The translations under genes were made by a program, and so were the position numbers. The notes beneath the pieces are model-generated. The model was not told the origin of the DNA. It made no database searches and saw only the letters and a program-made list of their open reading frames with translations. Positions 17,017 to 25,056 of a stretch of 25,056 nt of DNA are shown here, one piece after another (position 1 is the stretch's first letter; the number at the start of each line of letters is the position of its first letter). Origin of the DNA: Burkholderiales bacterium (GTDB lineage Bacteria; Pseudomonadota; Gammaproteobacteria; Burkholderiales; Burkholderiaceae_F); contig JAHEDN010000002.1 of assembly GCA_024641225.1 (NCBI GenBank), positions 1-25,056 on the forward strand, written 5' to 3'.

Positions 17017-17057
17017 ATCAGTCCGGCTCCCCCAATCCAACAACCCCAGGAATCGCC

Positions 17058-17567
17058 ATGGCAGAAGTCAAAGGGGCCGGCCAGCCGGCCGGCAACGGTC
17101 CGCAGGGAACCCCTGCCGGACCAGTATTCCAGCTGCAGCGCTGCTACCTCAAGGATGCCTCGCTCGAACTGCCGAATGCGCCGCACATTTTTCTCGAGCA
17201 GCAGTCGCCGAACATCGATGTGCAGCTCGAAGTCAACAACAGCGCGGTGGTGGACGGGATCTACGAAGTCGTGGTGCGCGTCACCGCCACGGCCAAGCTG
17301 GGCGACAAGGTGCTGTTCCTCGTCGAAGGCAAGCAGGGCGGCATCTTCGAGATACGGGGCGTGCCGAACGAGCAGTTCGAGCCGATCGTTGGCATCGTCT
17401 GCCCGAACATCATTTATCCGTACCTGCGTGCCAATGTCGCCGACCTGATCAGCCGCACCGGCCTGCCTCCGATCCATCTGGCGGAGATCAATTTCGAGGC
17501 GCTGTACCAGCAGCGACAGGCACAGCAGGCACAAGCGGGCGCAGCCGCGACGACCCCGACCCAGTAA
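17058..17567 (+). CDS. secB: Protein-export chaperone SecB
   Basis: [49 protein letters not shown]. Confidence 0.97.
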   Translation: MAEVKGAGQPAGNGPQGTPAGPVFQLQRCYLKDASLELPNAPHIFLEQQSPNIDVQLEVNNSAVVDGIYEVVVRVTATAKLGDKVLFLVEGKQGGIFEIRGVPNEQFEPIVGIVCPNIIYPYLRANVADLISRTGLPPIHLAEINFEALYQQRQAQQAQAGAAATTPTQ

Positions 17568-17614
17568 CCGTCGCAACCCGGCCGCCGCCGGCGGCAGTAG
17601 CGGACGCACCGGCC

Positions 17615-18607
17615 GTGAACATCACCATACTGGGCGCGGGCGCCTGGGGCACGGCGCTGGCCGCCTCGCTTTCGGAGCGTCACGACGTACAGTTGTGGGG
17701 GCGCGGCCGCGAGGCGGTGGCGGCAATCGCCGAGAAACGGCGCAACGGGCGCTATCTTCCCGGGATCGATCTGCCCTCAGCCCTGCAGTGCACGGCAGAT
17801 TTCGTCGGCGCCGTTTCGCACGCGCGGCACGGCTTGCTGCTCATCGCCACGCCAACGGCGGCGCTCCGCATGCTTCTGCGCCGACTGAGTGGCAGCGCGC
17901 CGCTGCCCCCGGTGATCTGGCTGTGCAAGGGTCTGGAAGGCAGCAGCGCCGCGATGGCGCACGAGATCGTGCGCGACGAGCTCGGCGCGCATCCCGCGGG
18001 GCCGCTGGCCGGGCCCAGCTTCGCCCAGGAAGTTGCCCGAGCACTGCCGACTGCGCTCGTGGTCGCCGGACACGATTCGTTCTGCCGCCTCGTCACTGAA
18101 ACGCTGCACGGACCGTCGCTACGCATCTATTCGACACACGACGTCGTCGGTGTCGAGGTCGGTGGCGCGGTCAAGAACGTGATGGCGATCGCCACCGGCA
18201 TCTGCGATGCACTGGCGCTCGGCCACAACGCGCGCGCCGCACTGATCACCCGCGGCCTGGCGGAGATCACGCGTTTCGGACTTGCGATCGGCGCGTCGGC
18301 GCAGACGTTCATGGGCCTGACCGGCGTCGGCGACCTGATCCTGACCTGCACCGGAGAGCTGTCGCGCAACCGGCAGGTAGGCATCATGCTCGGCGAGGGA
18401 CTCTCGCTGACGGACGCCCTCGCCCGTCTCGGCCACGTCGCCGAAGGGGTGTGGTCGGCAGGCGCTGTGCGCCAGCGTGCTGCAACGCTCGGTGTCCAGA
18501 TGCCAATCACCGAGGCGGTGTGCGCCGTTCTCGATGAACAGATCTCGCCGCGCCAGGCCCTCGAGCGGCTGCTGGCCCGCGATCCAAAGCGCGAGACTCT
18601 CGAATGA
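17615..18607 (+). CDS. gpsA: NAD(P)H-dependent glycerol-3-phosphate dehydrogenase
   Basis: GTG at 17615 gives MNITILGAGAWGTALA; GPSFAQE, KNVMAIATG, GVGDLILTCTGELSRN. Confidence 0.96.
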   Translation: MNITILGAGAWGTALAASLSERHDVQLWGRGREAVAAIAEKRRNGRYLPGIDLPSALQCTADFVGAVSHARHGLLLIATPTAALRMLLRRLSGSAPLPPVIWLCKGLEGSSAAMAHEIVRDELGAHPAGPLAGPSFAQEVARALPTALVVAGHDSFCRLVTETLHGPSLRIYSTHDVVGVEVGGAVKNVMAIATGICDALALGHNARAALITRGLAEITRFGLAIGASAQTFMGLTGVGDLILTCTGELSRNRQVGIMLGEGLSLTDALARLGHVAEGVWSAGAVRQRAATLGVQMPITEAVCAVLDEQISPRQALERLLARDPKRETLE

Positions 18608-19194
18608 CGCCGCGCGCGGTCTGTGTCTTCTGCGGCTCGCAACCGGGCGCCACATCGGCCTATTTGGACGCTGCACGCGAACTCGGCGCGGAACTGGCGC
18701 GCCGGAGTGTGGCCGTGATTTACGGCGGCGGCCACGTCGGCATGATGGGCGCGCTCGCCGACAGTGCACTGGCCGCCGGCGGCGAGGTGATCGGCGTGAT
18801 TCCCGAGCATCTGATGCGGCCGGAAGTCGCCCATCAGCGGCTGACCGAATTGCTGATCGTCGACTCGATGCACACGCGCAAGCGCACGATGGCCAGCCGC
18901 GCCGACGCGTTCGTCGTTCTCCCCGGAGGCTACGGCACCTTCGAGGAAATGTTCGAGATGGTGACGTGGCGGCAGCTGCGGTTGCACGCCAAGCCGGTCG
19001 GACTCGTCAACGTCGACGGCTACTTCGATCACCTGCTGGCCTTCCTGCAGCATGCCGCGCAGCAGGAGTTCATCCGACCGCAGCACCGCGATCTGCTGCT
19101 CGTCGCTCCGAGTCCGTCGGACCTGCTCGAGCGCCTGCTACGTCACATGGCCGCAGCGCGAAGCCCGGCGCTCGGCGACCTGGAAAGGAGCTGA
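18604..19194 (+). CDS. LOG family (TIGR00730) nucleotide 5'-monophosphate phosphoribohydrolase
   Basis: VFCGS, YGGGHVGMMG, MHTRK, PGGYGTFEE (PGGxGTxxE). ATGA overlap with the gpsA stop. Confidence 0.92.
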   Translation: MTPRAVCVFCGSQPGATSAYLDAARELGAELARRSVAVIYGGGHVGMMGALADSALAAGGEVIGVIPEHLMRPEVAHQRLTELLIVDSMHTRKRTMASRADAFVVLPGGYGTFEEMFEMVTWRQLRLHAKPVGLVNVDGYFDHLLAFLQHAAQQEFIRPQHRDLLLVAPSPSDLLERLLRHMAAARSPALGDLERS

Positions 19195-19209
19195 CCCGGA
19201 TTCGGCGCC

Positions 19210-19680
19210 TCAGGCGCCGCCGGCGAAGCCCTGCTGTCGCCAGGCCTCGAAAACAACCACGGCCACCGCGTTGCTCAAATTCAGGCTGCGGCTGCCGGGC
19301 TGCATCGGCAGTCGCAACGACTGCGACGGCGCGAAGTGTTCGCGCACGCCGGCGGCCAGGCCACACGTTTCGCCGCCGAAGACGAGCCAGTCACCGGCGG
19401 CAAAGCGCACGGCCGTAAACAGCCGCTGCGCGCGCGTCGACAGCGCGAACATCCGCTCCGGATCGGGCTGCTCGGCCGCCATTAATGCATCGAAGCTGTC
19501 GTGCACGGCAACGCGCGCATATTCGTGATAGTCGAGACCGGCCCGGCGCAGCTGCTTGTCGGTCAACTCGAAACCGAGCGGGCGCACCAGATGCAGCCGT
19601 GCGCCGGTATTGGCGGCCAGGCGGATCACGTTGCCCGTGTTCGGCGGGATCTCGGGCGCAACGAGCACGATGTTGAACAT
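19210..19680 (-). CDS. trmL: tRNA (cytidine(34)-2'-O)-methyltransferase TrmL (SPOUT)
   Basis: PEIPPNTGNVIRL, RRAGLDY, FGGETCGL, RSLNLSNAVA. Confidence 0.95.
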   Translation of the reverse strand: MFNIVLVAPEIPPNTGNVIRLAANTGARLHLVRPLGFELTDKQLRRAGLDYHEYARVAVHDSFDALMAAEQPDPERMFALSTRAQRLFTAVRFAAGDWLVFGGETCGLAAGVREHFAPSQSLRLPMQPGSRSLNLSNAVAVVVFEAWRQQGFAGGA

Positions 19681-19728
19681 GGCGAATGACGCCCTCCGGC
19701 ACTGGCCAGACGATGCGGCGCAGCAAGA

Positions 19729-20394
19729 TCAGTTGGCACAGGCGCCGAGCTGGCTCTGCGGGAATTCCTTCTGGATCTCCGCCAGCTGCTGCGTCAGCGC
19801 GGGATCCACGCCACGGATCTCGAAGCGGGTCGTTTCGCTGCCCGAGGCGCGCTCGGTCACCTGCACGCCTTTGAGGCCACGCCGCGTCAGGTCCACCTGA
19901 TGTCGCTGCGCGAGTTCCTGGTCGCGAAACGAGCCGAGCACGATCGCATTCGGCATCTGCGTTGCCGGTCCCATCACGCGCAGGTCGCGGAATCCGCGAC
20001 TGCGCAGATCCTGCGCGAGCCGTTCGGCCTCCACCCGCGTTGCGGCGGGCGGCAGGTAGACAATGAACCAGCCCGGTGCATCGACACGACGCGCCCGCAG
20101 CCGATCGCCGAGGGCCAGCGCCGCCAGCCGCGGCTGGATGCGGGCCAGGGCGGCCTCGTCGAAATCGCCGAGTTCGACGCACGCCAGTGTCCCGTTGCCG
20201 CCGCGCGCCGCTGGTGCTGGACCGCGCAACGCGGCGACCTGATCGGAGGACAGTACGCGAATCTGCTCCGGCGCGATCTGCCGCGCAAGTCGTTGCGGCT
20301 CGCGACCCGCGTCAGCCACAGGGCCGAACGCGCCCTGCCGCCAGGCGAGCAGAACAAGATTGGCAAGCAGCAGGAGCAGGAACGCCAGTCTCAT
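19729..20394 (-). CDS. SPOR-domain-containing membrane-anchored protein
   Basis: N-terminal hydrophobic anchor (LLLLLANLVLLAW), then WFIVYLPPAA and IVLGSFRDQELA typical of the SPOR gene after coaX. ATGA overlap with coaX. Confidence 0.8.
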   Translation of the reverse strand: MRLAFLLLLLANLVLLAWRQGAFGPVADAGREPQRLARQIAPEQIRVLSSDQVAALRGPAPAARGGNGTLACVELGDFDEAALARIQPRLAALALGDRLRARRVDAPGWFIVYLPPAATRVEAERLAQDLRSRGFRDLRVMGPATQMPNAIVLGSFRDQELAQRHQVDLTRRGLKGVQVTERASGSETTRFEIRGVDPALTQQLAEIQKEFPQSQLGACAN

Positions 20395-21224
20395 TGGCTG
20401 CTGCCCGTGGCATCCTGGGGTGCCGTCGCCACCGTGGCGCAGGCGCGCAAGAAGACGCCGCGCAGCACCAGGTTCTCCTCGCGGACGGCCGACGGCAGCG
20501 CGGTGCCGGCACCGACGTACGGCGCCAGCAGCACCGCATACCCACCGGTCAGCACGACCATCGGATCGCCATTCTCATTGCGGAAATTGCGCACGAACCG
20601 CTCGATCAAGCCGAGCTGGCTGCCCAGCACACCCGAGGCGATCGCGTCGTCGGTGTTGTCGGGGTAGGCGACCATCTGGCCGCTCGCAAAAGGCAGATTC
20701 GCCGTGCCACGGGCAAGCGCCTCGTACATGAGGCGCACGCCCGGGGCGATGGCGCCGCCGACGAAGGAACCGTCGCCGGTCACTCCGTCCACCGTCGTCG
20801 CGGTGCCCGCGGTCACCACCACGAGCGAGCGGTCGGGGTGTGCGGCGCGGGCCGCGATCAGTGAATGCCAGCGGTCTACGCCGAGTTGGGCACTGTCGCG
20901 GTACCCGTTGCGGAGGACGACACCCTCATGCGCGAAGCGAGGTTGTGTTTCGAACCAGTGCACTGGCAACGCGAAGACCTTCTGCACCGCCTGCTCGACG
21001 GACCGCATCAGAACCGGTGCCGCCACGCCGCAGCCATAGGCCGCCCGTACCGGAACACGGGCGCGATCGGTCCATTCGCGCACCAGCGCGGGCGTCAATT
21101 CGGCAGGTGGCGCGTTGCGCATCGATCCGAATGCCGGCCCGACACGGCCGTCGAGCGTCATCAGCACCCATTTCAGCGCCGAGTTGCCGGCATCGAGCAG
21201 CAGCCAGTGCGCCGGCCCGTTCAC
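20391..21224 (-). CDS. coaX: Type III pantothenate kinase
   Basis: LLLDAGNSALKW, LGVDRW, AGTATTVD, GGAIAPG, VLTGG, LVLRG. GGGGA SD before the GTG. Confidence 0.95.
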   Translation of the reverse strand: MNGPAHWLLLDAGNSALKWVLMTLDGRVGPAFGSMRNAPPAELTPALVREWTDRARVPVRAAYGCGVAAPVLMRSVEQAVQKVFALPVHWFETQPRFAHEGVVLRNGYRDSAQLGVDRWHSLIAARAAHPDRSLVVVTAGTATTVDGVTGDGSFVGGAIAPGVRLMYEALARGTANLPFASGQMVAYPDNTDDAIASGVLGSQLGLIERFVRNFRNENGDPMVVLTGGYAVLLAPYVGAGTALPSAVREENLVLRGVFLRACATVATAPQDATGSSQ

Positions 21225-21357
21225 GCCGTCCCCTGCACGCTGCCGGCATGTCCGCCCGCGAGGGCGAGTGCGGGACGCAGGTGACGCCGTTCGGCGTGGC
21301 CCATGCAGGCGAGCGCGGCCTGCCAGGCTGAACGTTCTTGGAGCGACCGTGCGGCGC

Positions 21358-22194
21358 TCATCCGCTCACCCGCATCGACAGTTCGCCGCTGCTGCACGCG
21401 CGCAGGCCCTGCTCGGTCGCCAGCAGCAACCGCCCTTCGCCATCGACCCCGAGCGCTCGCCCGCGAGCCACGCGCACCCCGAGTTCGAGCAGGTCGACCA
21501 TCGCATCGCGCTGAGCGAACAGCGCCATGAAGCGTGGCTGCAACGGGACGAATCCGCTCGCCTCGTAAATCTGCAGCGCCTCGAGGATCGCGGCAGCGAT
21601 GTCCCCGATCAGCACCTCGCGCTTCCCAGCCTCCACCGAGGTCTCGTCGAGCGCCGCGGCCGGCTGGCCAATCGAATCACGAGTCGCAGGGTCAAGGTGC
21701 AGATTGATGCCGACGCCGATGACCAGCGTTCGCCGTCCCAGGCCATCGACGGCCAGTTCGCACAACACCCCGCCCAGCTTGCGGCCCGCGAGAAGCAGGT
21801 CGTTGGGCCACTTCAGGTCCACCGCTGCACCGGCGGCGCGCAGCGCCTCGGCGGCGCCGATGCCGCAGGCCAACGTCGCGGCGGCTATGCGTGCTTCCCC
21901 CACCGTCATCGGTACCGCCAGCGAGAACAACAGCGCGCCACCCGGACCGGCAAACCAGCGCCGGCCTTGACGACCGCGCCCCGCGGTCTGGTGAAGCGCC
22001 GCGCGCAGCAGCGGGCATCTCGGCTGCTCCAGCCGAACTCGCTGGAGCAGATCCGCATTGGTCGATCCGGTTTCCTGGACGGCCTCGACGTCGAACTGCG
22101 GCGCCACCTTCGCGATCAGTTCACCGGCAAGCGGCGAGACAGCTGCGCGGCGGCTCTCAACGGCCCCCCCATTGGAATTAGCGATGCAGGACAA
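21358..22194 (-). CDS. birA: Biotin--[acetyl-CoA-carboxylase] ligase, no N-terminal HTH (group I)
   Basis: TGSTN, QTAGRGRQGRRW, KWPND, KLGGVL, IGVGINL, C-terminal SH3-like domain ending SGELS. TTG start with GGTGA SD 6 nt upstream. Confidence 0.93.
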   Translation of the reverse strand: MSCIANSNGGAVESRRAAVSPLAGELIAKVAPQFDVEAVQETGSTNADLLQRVRLEQPRCPLLRAALHQTAGRGRQGRRWFAGPGGALLFSLAVPMTVGEARIAAATLACGIGAAEALRAAGAAVDLKWPNDLLLAGRKLGGVLCELAVDGLGRRTLVIGVGINLHLDPATRDSIGQPAAALDETSVEAGKREVLIGDIAAAILEALQIYEASGFVPLQPRFMALFAQRDAMVDLLELGVRVARGRALGVDGEGRLLLATEQGLRACSSGELSMRVSG

Positions 22195-22275
22195 AGTGAA
22201 TCACCGGCGGGGCATGAGGCACGAATGCCACAGACGCGGCCATTCGCGTCGCTGCGCAAGACCGCAATTGCTCAA

Positions 22276-22285
22276 AATTTACCAT
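22276..22285. promoter_or_regulatory. Bidirectional promoter core for birA (minus, TAAATT) and the VanZ-like gene (plus, TACCAT)
   Basis: AATTTACCAT: minus TAAATT at 22281-22276, plus TACCAT at 22280-22285; same geometry as 16214-16223. Confidence 0.5.
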
Positions 22286-22353
22286 CGGCGCGTGGCGCAG
22301 CCATCGTCGCCTTGCCTGTTCCGGAGGCGGTCACCACAATCACGGCGCCCGAC

Positions 22354-23511
22354 ATGACTTCCGCCCCTTCCCCCCTGCCGCTCGCCGGTCGCCGCCCCGG
22401 GCCAGTGCCAGCACGGCGCGCCTCGCCGCTCGCGCGCGTCGCGCTGCTTGCCTACGTCGTGCTGCTGGTCTACGGCAGCCTGTCGCCATGGGCAGGCTGG
22501 CGATCGCTCGGCGTCGGCCCGCTCGAATTCGTTCGAGCGCCATGGCCCGCCTACGTGACCGGCTTCGACCTGACCCTGAACGTGCTGGCCTACGCCCCGT
22601 TGGGGCTGCTCATTCCTCTCGCGCTGCACCCGCGCCTGCGCGGCCTGCCTGCGTTCGTGGCCGCCGCCGGGGCGGCGGCGGTCCTGTCGTTGGTGATCGA
22701 AAGTCTGCAGAACTACCTGCCGGCCCGCATCGCGTCGAACCTCGACGTACTCACCAACGTCGCCGGCGCATCGCTAGGCGCGCTTGCCGCGACGGTGCTG
22801 GCGCCAAAGCTGATCGATGGGCGTCAGGTGCAGCTGGCGCGCCAGCGCTGGTTCCGCCCACGCTCGGCGGTCCTGCTGCTGCTCGTTGCGCTCTGGCCCC
22901 TGGCGCAGATCCACCCGGGCCCCATGCTGTTCGGCAACGGCGAGCTGGACCGCGAACTGATCGCCGCGCTGCTCGAACTCGCCAACCGCCGGCTGCCGGT
23001 CTTCGATGCCGGCCAGTTCGCGGCGGCGGAAGTGCTGGTCACCGCATGCGGCATGCTCGCCGCCGGCGCGGCGCTCTCCGCCGCGACGAAGCAGGACGCG
23101 CCGCGGCTGCGCCTGCTGCTGCTGTTGCTCGCCACCGCGCTGGGAACCAAGGGAATCACCTATGGCCACGAATTCGGTCCCGAACGCGCGCTTGCCTGGT
23201 TGACGCCCGGAGCGGTCGCCGGCCTGGCTATCGGCCTGCTGGCAGTGACCGCGGCAGCAACGGCCGCGTCCGCACACGCGGCCTCGATGCTGTCCGCCGC
23301 GGCACTGTTGGTGCTGGTCGTCGCTGTCAATGCAGTGCCTCCCAACCCCTATCACGCCCATTGGCTGGCGGCCTGGCAGCCCGGTCGCCTGCGCGACCTC
23401 GCGGCGGCCACAGACTGGCTGGCGCAAGCCTGGCCGTACGCAACGCTGGCAGCGCTGCTTTGGGCGCTGCGGCTGGGGCGCCGTCCGCCGGGGCAGCCGC
23501 AGGACGCGTGA
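22354..23511 (+). CDS. VanZ-family polytopic membrane protein
   Basis: ATG 22354. YGSLSPW, DLTLNVLAYAPLG and SLVIESLQNYLPARIASNLDVLTN form the VanZ-like N-terminal domain, followed by several more TM helices. Confidence 0.85.
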   Translation: MTSAPSPLPLAGRRPGPVPARRASPLARVALLAYVVLLVYGSLSPWAGWRSLGVGPLEFVRAPWPAYVTGFDLTLNVLAYAPLGLLIPLALHPRLRGLPAFVAAAGAAAVLSLVIESLQNYLPARIASNLDVLTNVAGASLGALAATVLAPKLIDGRQVQLARQRWFRPRSAVLLLLVALWPLAQIHPGPMLFGNGELDRELIAALLELANRRLPVFDAGQFAAAEVLVTACGMLAAGAALSAATKQDAPRLRLLLLLLATALGTKGITYGHEFGPERALAWLTPGAVAGLAIGLLAVTAAATAASAHAASMLSAAALLVLVVAVNAVPPNPYHAHWLAAWQPGRLRDLAAATDWLAQAWPYATLAALLWALRLGRRPPGQPQDA

Positions 23512-23531
23512 GCCTGCCAATCGGGGCTTCG

Positions 23532-23537
23532 TAGAAT
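23532..23537 (+). promoter_or_regulatory. Putative -10 (TAGAAT) for ferredoxin-hydrolase
   Basis: TAGAAT 20 nt upstream of ATG 23558. Confidence 0.5.
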
Positions 23538-23557
23538 CGGCCTTTCGCGAGAACGCA

Positions 23558-23878
23558 ATGAGTTACTACGAACGCCACGTCTTCTTCTGCCTGAACCAGC
23601 GCGACGACGGGCGCGCCTGCTGCGCGATGCACGATGCCGAGCGACTGCAGGCCCATGCGAAAGCAAGGATCAAGACGCTCGGCCTCAACGGAAGGGGCAT
23701 GGTGCGCATCAACAAGGCGGGTTGCCTGGACCGCTGCGACGAAGGACCCTGCATGGTCGTATACCCGGACGCCATCTGGTACACGTACGTCGACGAGCAG
23801 GACATCGACGAAATCATCGACCGCCATCTGGTCGGCGGCGAGCCTGTCGAAAGGCTGCGCCTGCCGAGCGGCGATTGA
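23558..23878 (+). CDS. Thioredoxin-like [2Fe-2S] ferredoxin
   Basis: HVFFCLNQR..CC..KAGCLDRCDEGP..VVYPDAIWY: Cys pattern of the Aquifex Fd4/NuoE-like class. Confidence 0.92.
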   Translation: MSYYERHVFFCLNQRDDGRACCAMHDAERLQAHAKARIKTLGLNGRGMVRINKAGCLDRCDEGPCMVVYPDAIWYTYVDEQDIDEIIDRHLVGGEPVERLRLPSGD

Positions 23879-23936
23879 GCCGGCGCACCCGCTTCGAGTG
23901 CCTGGCACACCACCCGCAGCGGCCAGGCCTCCGCCC

Positions 23937-24590
23937 ATGACTGCACGATTGCACGCACGCAGCGATCGGCGGCTGGTCGACGGGCCGGCTGGTCGCATCG
24001 AAGTCGCCGTCGACTCGCCGCAGAGCGCGCCGGCGGGGCTGGCCTTCATCGGCCACCCGCATCCGCTGTACGGCGGCACACTGGAGAACAAGGTGGCGGC
24101 GACGCTGGCGCGCGCCTTCACCAGCGTTGGCTGGCTGGCGGTTAGGCCGAACTTCCGCGGGGTAGGCGCCAGCGAAGGCGAGCACGATCATGGGCGCGGC
24201 GAGACCGACGACTTCCTCCACCTGATCGAAAGTTCGCCGCATTGGCTGGGCATCAGCGGCGCCGAGCTGCCACGGGCGCTTGCGGGGTTCTCCTTCGGCA
24301 GCTTCGTCGCTGCGCAGGCCGCCACGCGGCTGGCGCCACCGGCGTCGCACCTGGTCCTGGTGGGTGCGGCGGCCGGAAAGTGGCCGCTGCCACCGGTGGC
24401 CACCGACACGCTGGTGATCCATGGCGAATTCGACGAGACGATTCCGCTGGCGCATGTCTTCGAATGGGCGCGACCGCAGGACCTTCCGGTGGTCGTGCTA
24501 CCCGGCGCCGATCACTTCTTTCATCGCCGGCTGTCAACGCTAAAGAGGCTGGTCTGCGAGCATGTGCTGGCGCGTCGCGTGCACGGATGA
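23937..24590 (+). CDS. Alpha/beta hydrolase (COG2945-like)
   Basis: HPHPLYGGT, NFRGVGASEG, nucleophile elbow GFSFG, Asp in HGEFDET, His in GADHFFH. Confidence 0.9.
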   Translation: MTARLHARSDRRLVDGPAGRIEVAVDSPQSAPAGLAFIGHPHPLYGGTLENKVAATLARAFTSVGWLAVRPNFRGVGASEGEHDHGRGETDDFLHLIESSPHWLGISGAELPRALAGFSFGSFVAAQAATRLAPPASHLVLVGAAAGKWPLPPVATDTLVIHGEFDETIPLAHVFEWARPQDLPVVVLPGADHFFHRRLSTLKRLVCEHVLARRVHG

Positions 24591-24744
24591 CGGAAGGCGG
24601 CAGCGTCCACTAAGATTGGCTCCCGGGGCTGCGCAGCGGACCCCGTAGTGGTCGGGGCATGCGATTTGAACCTCCGTCGCGCGGCCACGCAATCCTCTGC
24701 GACCATGGCCATGCGGGTTGCTCCGCTGACTGAAGAAGAACTCA

Positions 24745-25056
24745 ATGGCTGACCTGCGCATATTCGGCAAGACACCCAAGGGCACCGAGGAACTCGCCTC
24801 ACGGAGCGGCGCGCTGTCGATGGCCCAGCGCCGGCTGTTGATCCTCGTCGACGGCGTGCGCGACGCCGCGCAGCTGGCCGCAATCGTGCCGTCGGCTTTC
24901 GACGAATCGCTCACCGTGCTCGAGGAGGGCGGCTACATCGTGCTGGTCGGCCAGAGCGCGCGTGGCGCGGACGCCGCGCCGACCCCATCGATGTCGATTC
25001 CCGTATCGGAAATGACCACGGTGCACGAGGCCAGGCAGCGTGCTGCGCAGGAAGTG
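24745..25056 (+). CDS. Hypothetical protein, 3'-truncated by window edge (absent from the ORF track)
   Basis: ATG 24745 opens a stop-free, GC3-biased frame to the edge: MADLRIFGKTPKGTEELASRSGALSMAQRRLLILVDGVRDAAQLAAIVPSAFDESLTVLEEGGYIVLV... Confidence 0.75.
   Translation, partial: MADLRIFGKTPKGTEELASRSGALSMAQRRLLILVDGVRDAAQLAAIVPSAFDESLTVLEEGGYIVLVGQSARGADAAPTPSMSIPVSEMTTVHEARQRAAQEV

Noticed and set aside
17012-17037. Sigma32-like GCTGAA-N12-CCCCAATC upstream of secB
   Set aside because: Both boxes mismatch, the spacer is short and it overlaps the grxC stop; much weaker than the hslV site. Only TSS data could rescue it.
16883-18607. 574-aa ORF suggesting an extended GpsA
   Set aside because: The upstream part overlaps grxC and secB out of frame; the GpsA Rossmann motif starts right after GTG 17615.
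20391-21224. CoaX motif variants (GNS for GNT; VVTAGTAT for VVDxGTA) as a sign of inactivity
   Set aside because: The other catalytic motifs (N-terminal Asp, GxDR, GG.I.PG) are intact, and such variation is common in betaproteobacterial CoaX.
22164-22215. G7 run early in birA (possible phase variation) and a 4-codon upstream ORF (ATG CCC CGC CGG TGA, 22215-22201)
   Set aside because: birA is intact from TTG 22194 with its own GGTGA SD. A 7-nt G run is unremarkable in a GC-rich genome, and the mini-ORF has no SD or informative codons.
22195-22353. Biotin operator controlled by BirA
   Set aside because: This BirA lacks the N-terminal HTH, and no bioO-like palindrome is visible.
21115-23511. 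798-aa ORF suggesting a large VanZ fusion
   Set aside because: The first 413 codons are antisense to birA/coaX and motif-free; the VanZ-like protein starts at ATG 22354.
24591-24744. Riboswitch or sRNA in the spacer before the last ORF
   Set aside because: Only a 5-bp stem and no riboswitch consensus that I recognise. An Rfam/Infernal search would be needed to exclude it fully.

Overview
This is a GC-rich (well over 60% by eye), densely coding core-genome segment. Gene order and protein signatures point to a betaproteobacterium, probably Burkholderiales (inference). I support 29 CDSs, two cut by the window edges: rlmI-like methyltransferase, COG0523 GTPase, dksA, tandem-STAS protein, hslV, hslU, HMA protein, argB, pyrimidine 5'-nucleotidase, sppA, slmA, dsbB, moeB, ctpA, envC, gpmA, rhodanese, grxC, secB, gpsA, LOG, trmL, SPOR protein, coaX, birA, VanZ-like protein, thioredoxin-like ferredoxin, alpha/beta hydrolase and a hypothetical protein. 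I found no tRNA/rRNA, IS, prophage, CRISPR or defence genes, and cannot claim a clearly new multi-gene system. The best lead is the COG0523-dksA-STAS-hslVU stress locus. Its DksA lacks the zinc finger, has a 115-aa histone-H1-like tail and has a possible second in-frame start. The STAS protein is an uncharacterised duplicated helical+STAS module. hslV has a sigma32-like promoter that predicts a leaderless mRNA, and long hairpins precede hslU. Two divergent junctions share the same overlapping bidirectional -10 core. No database searches or folding calculations were run, and synteny comparisons come from recalled knowledge.
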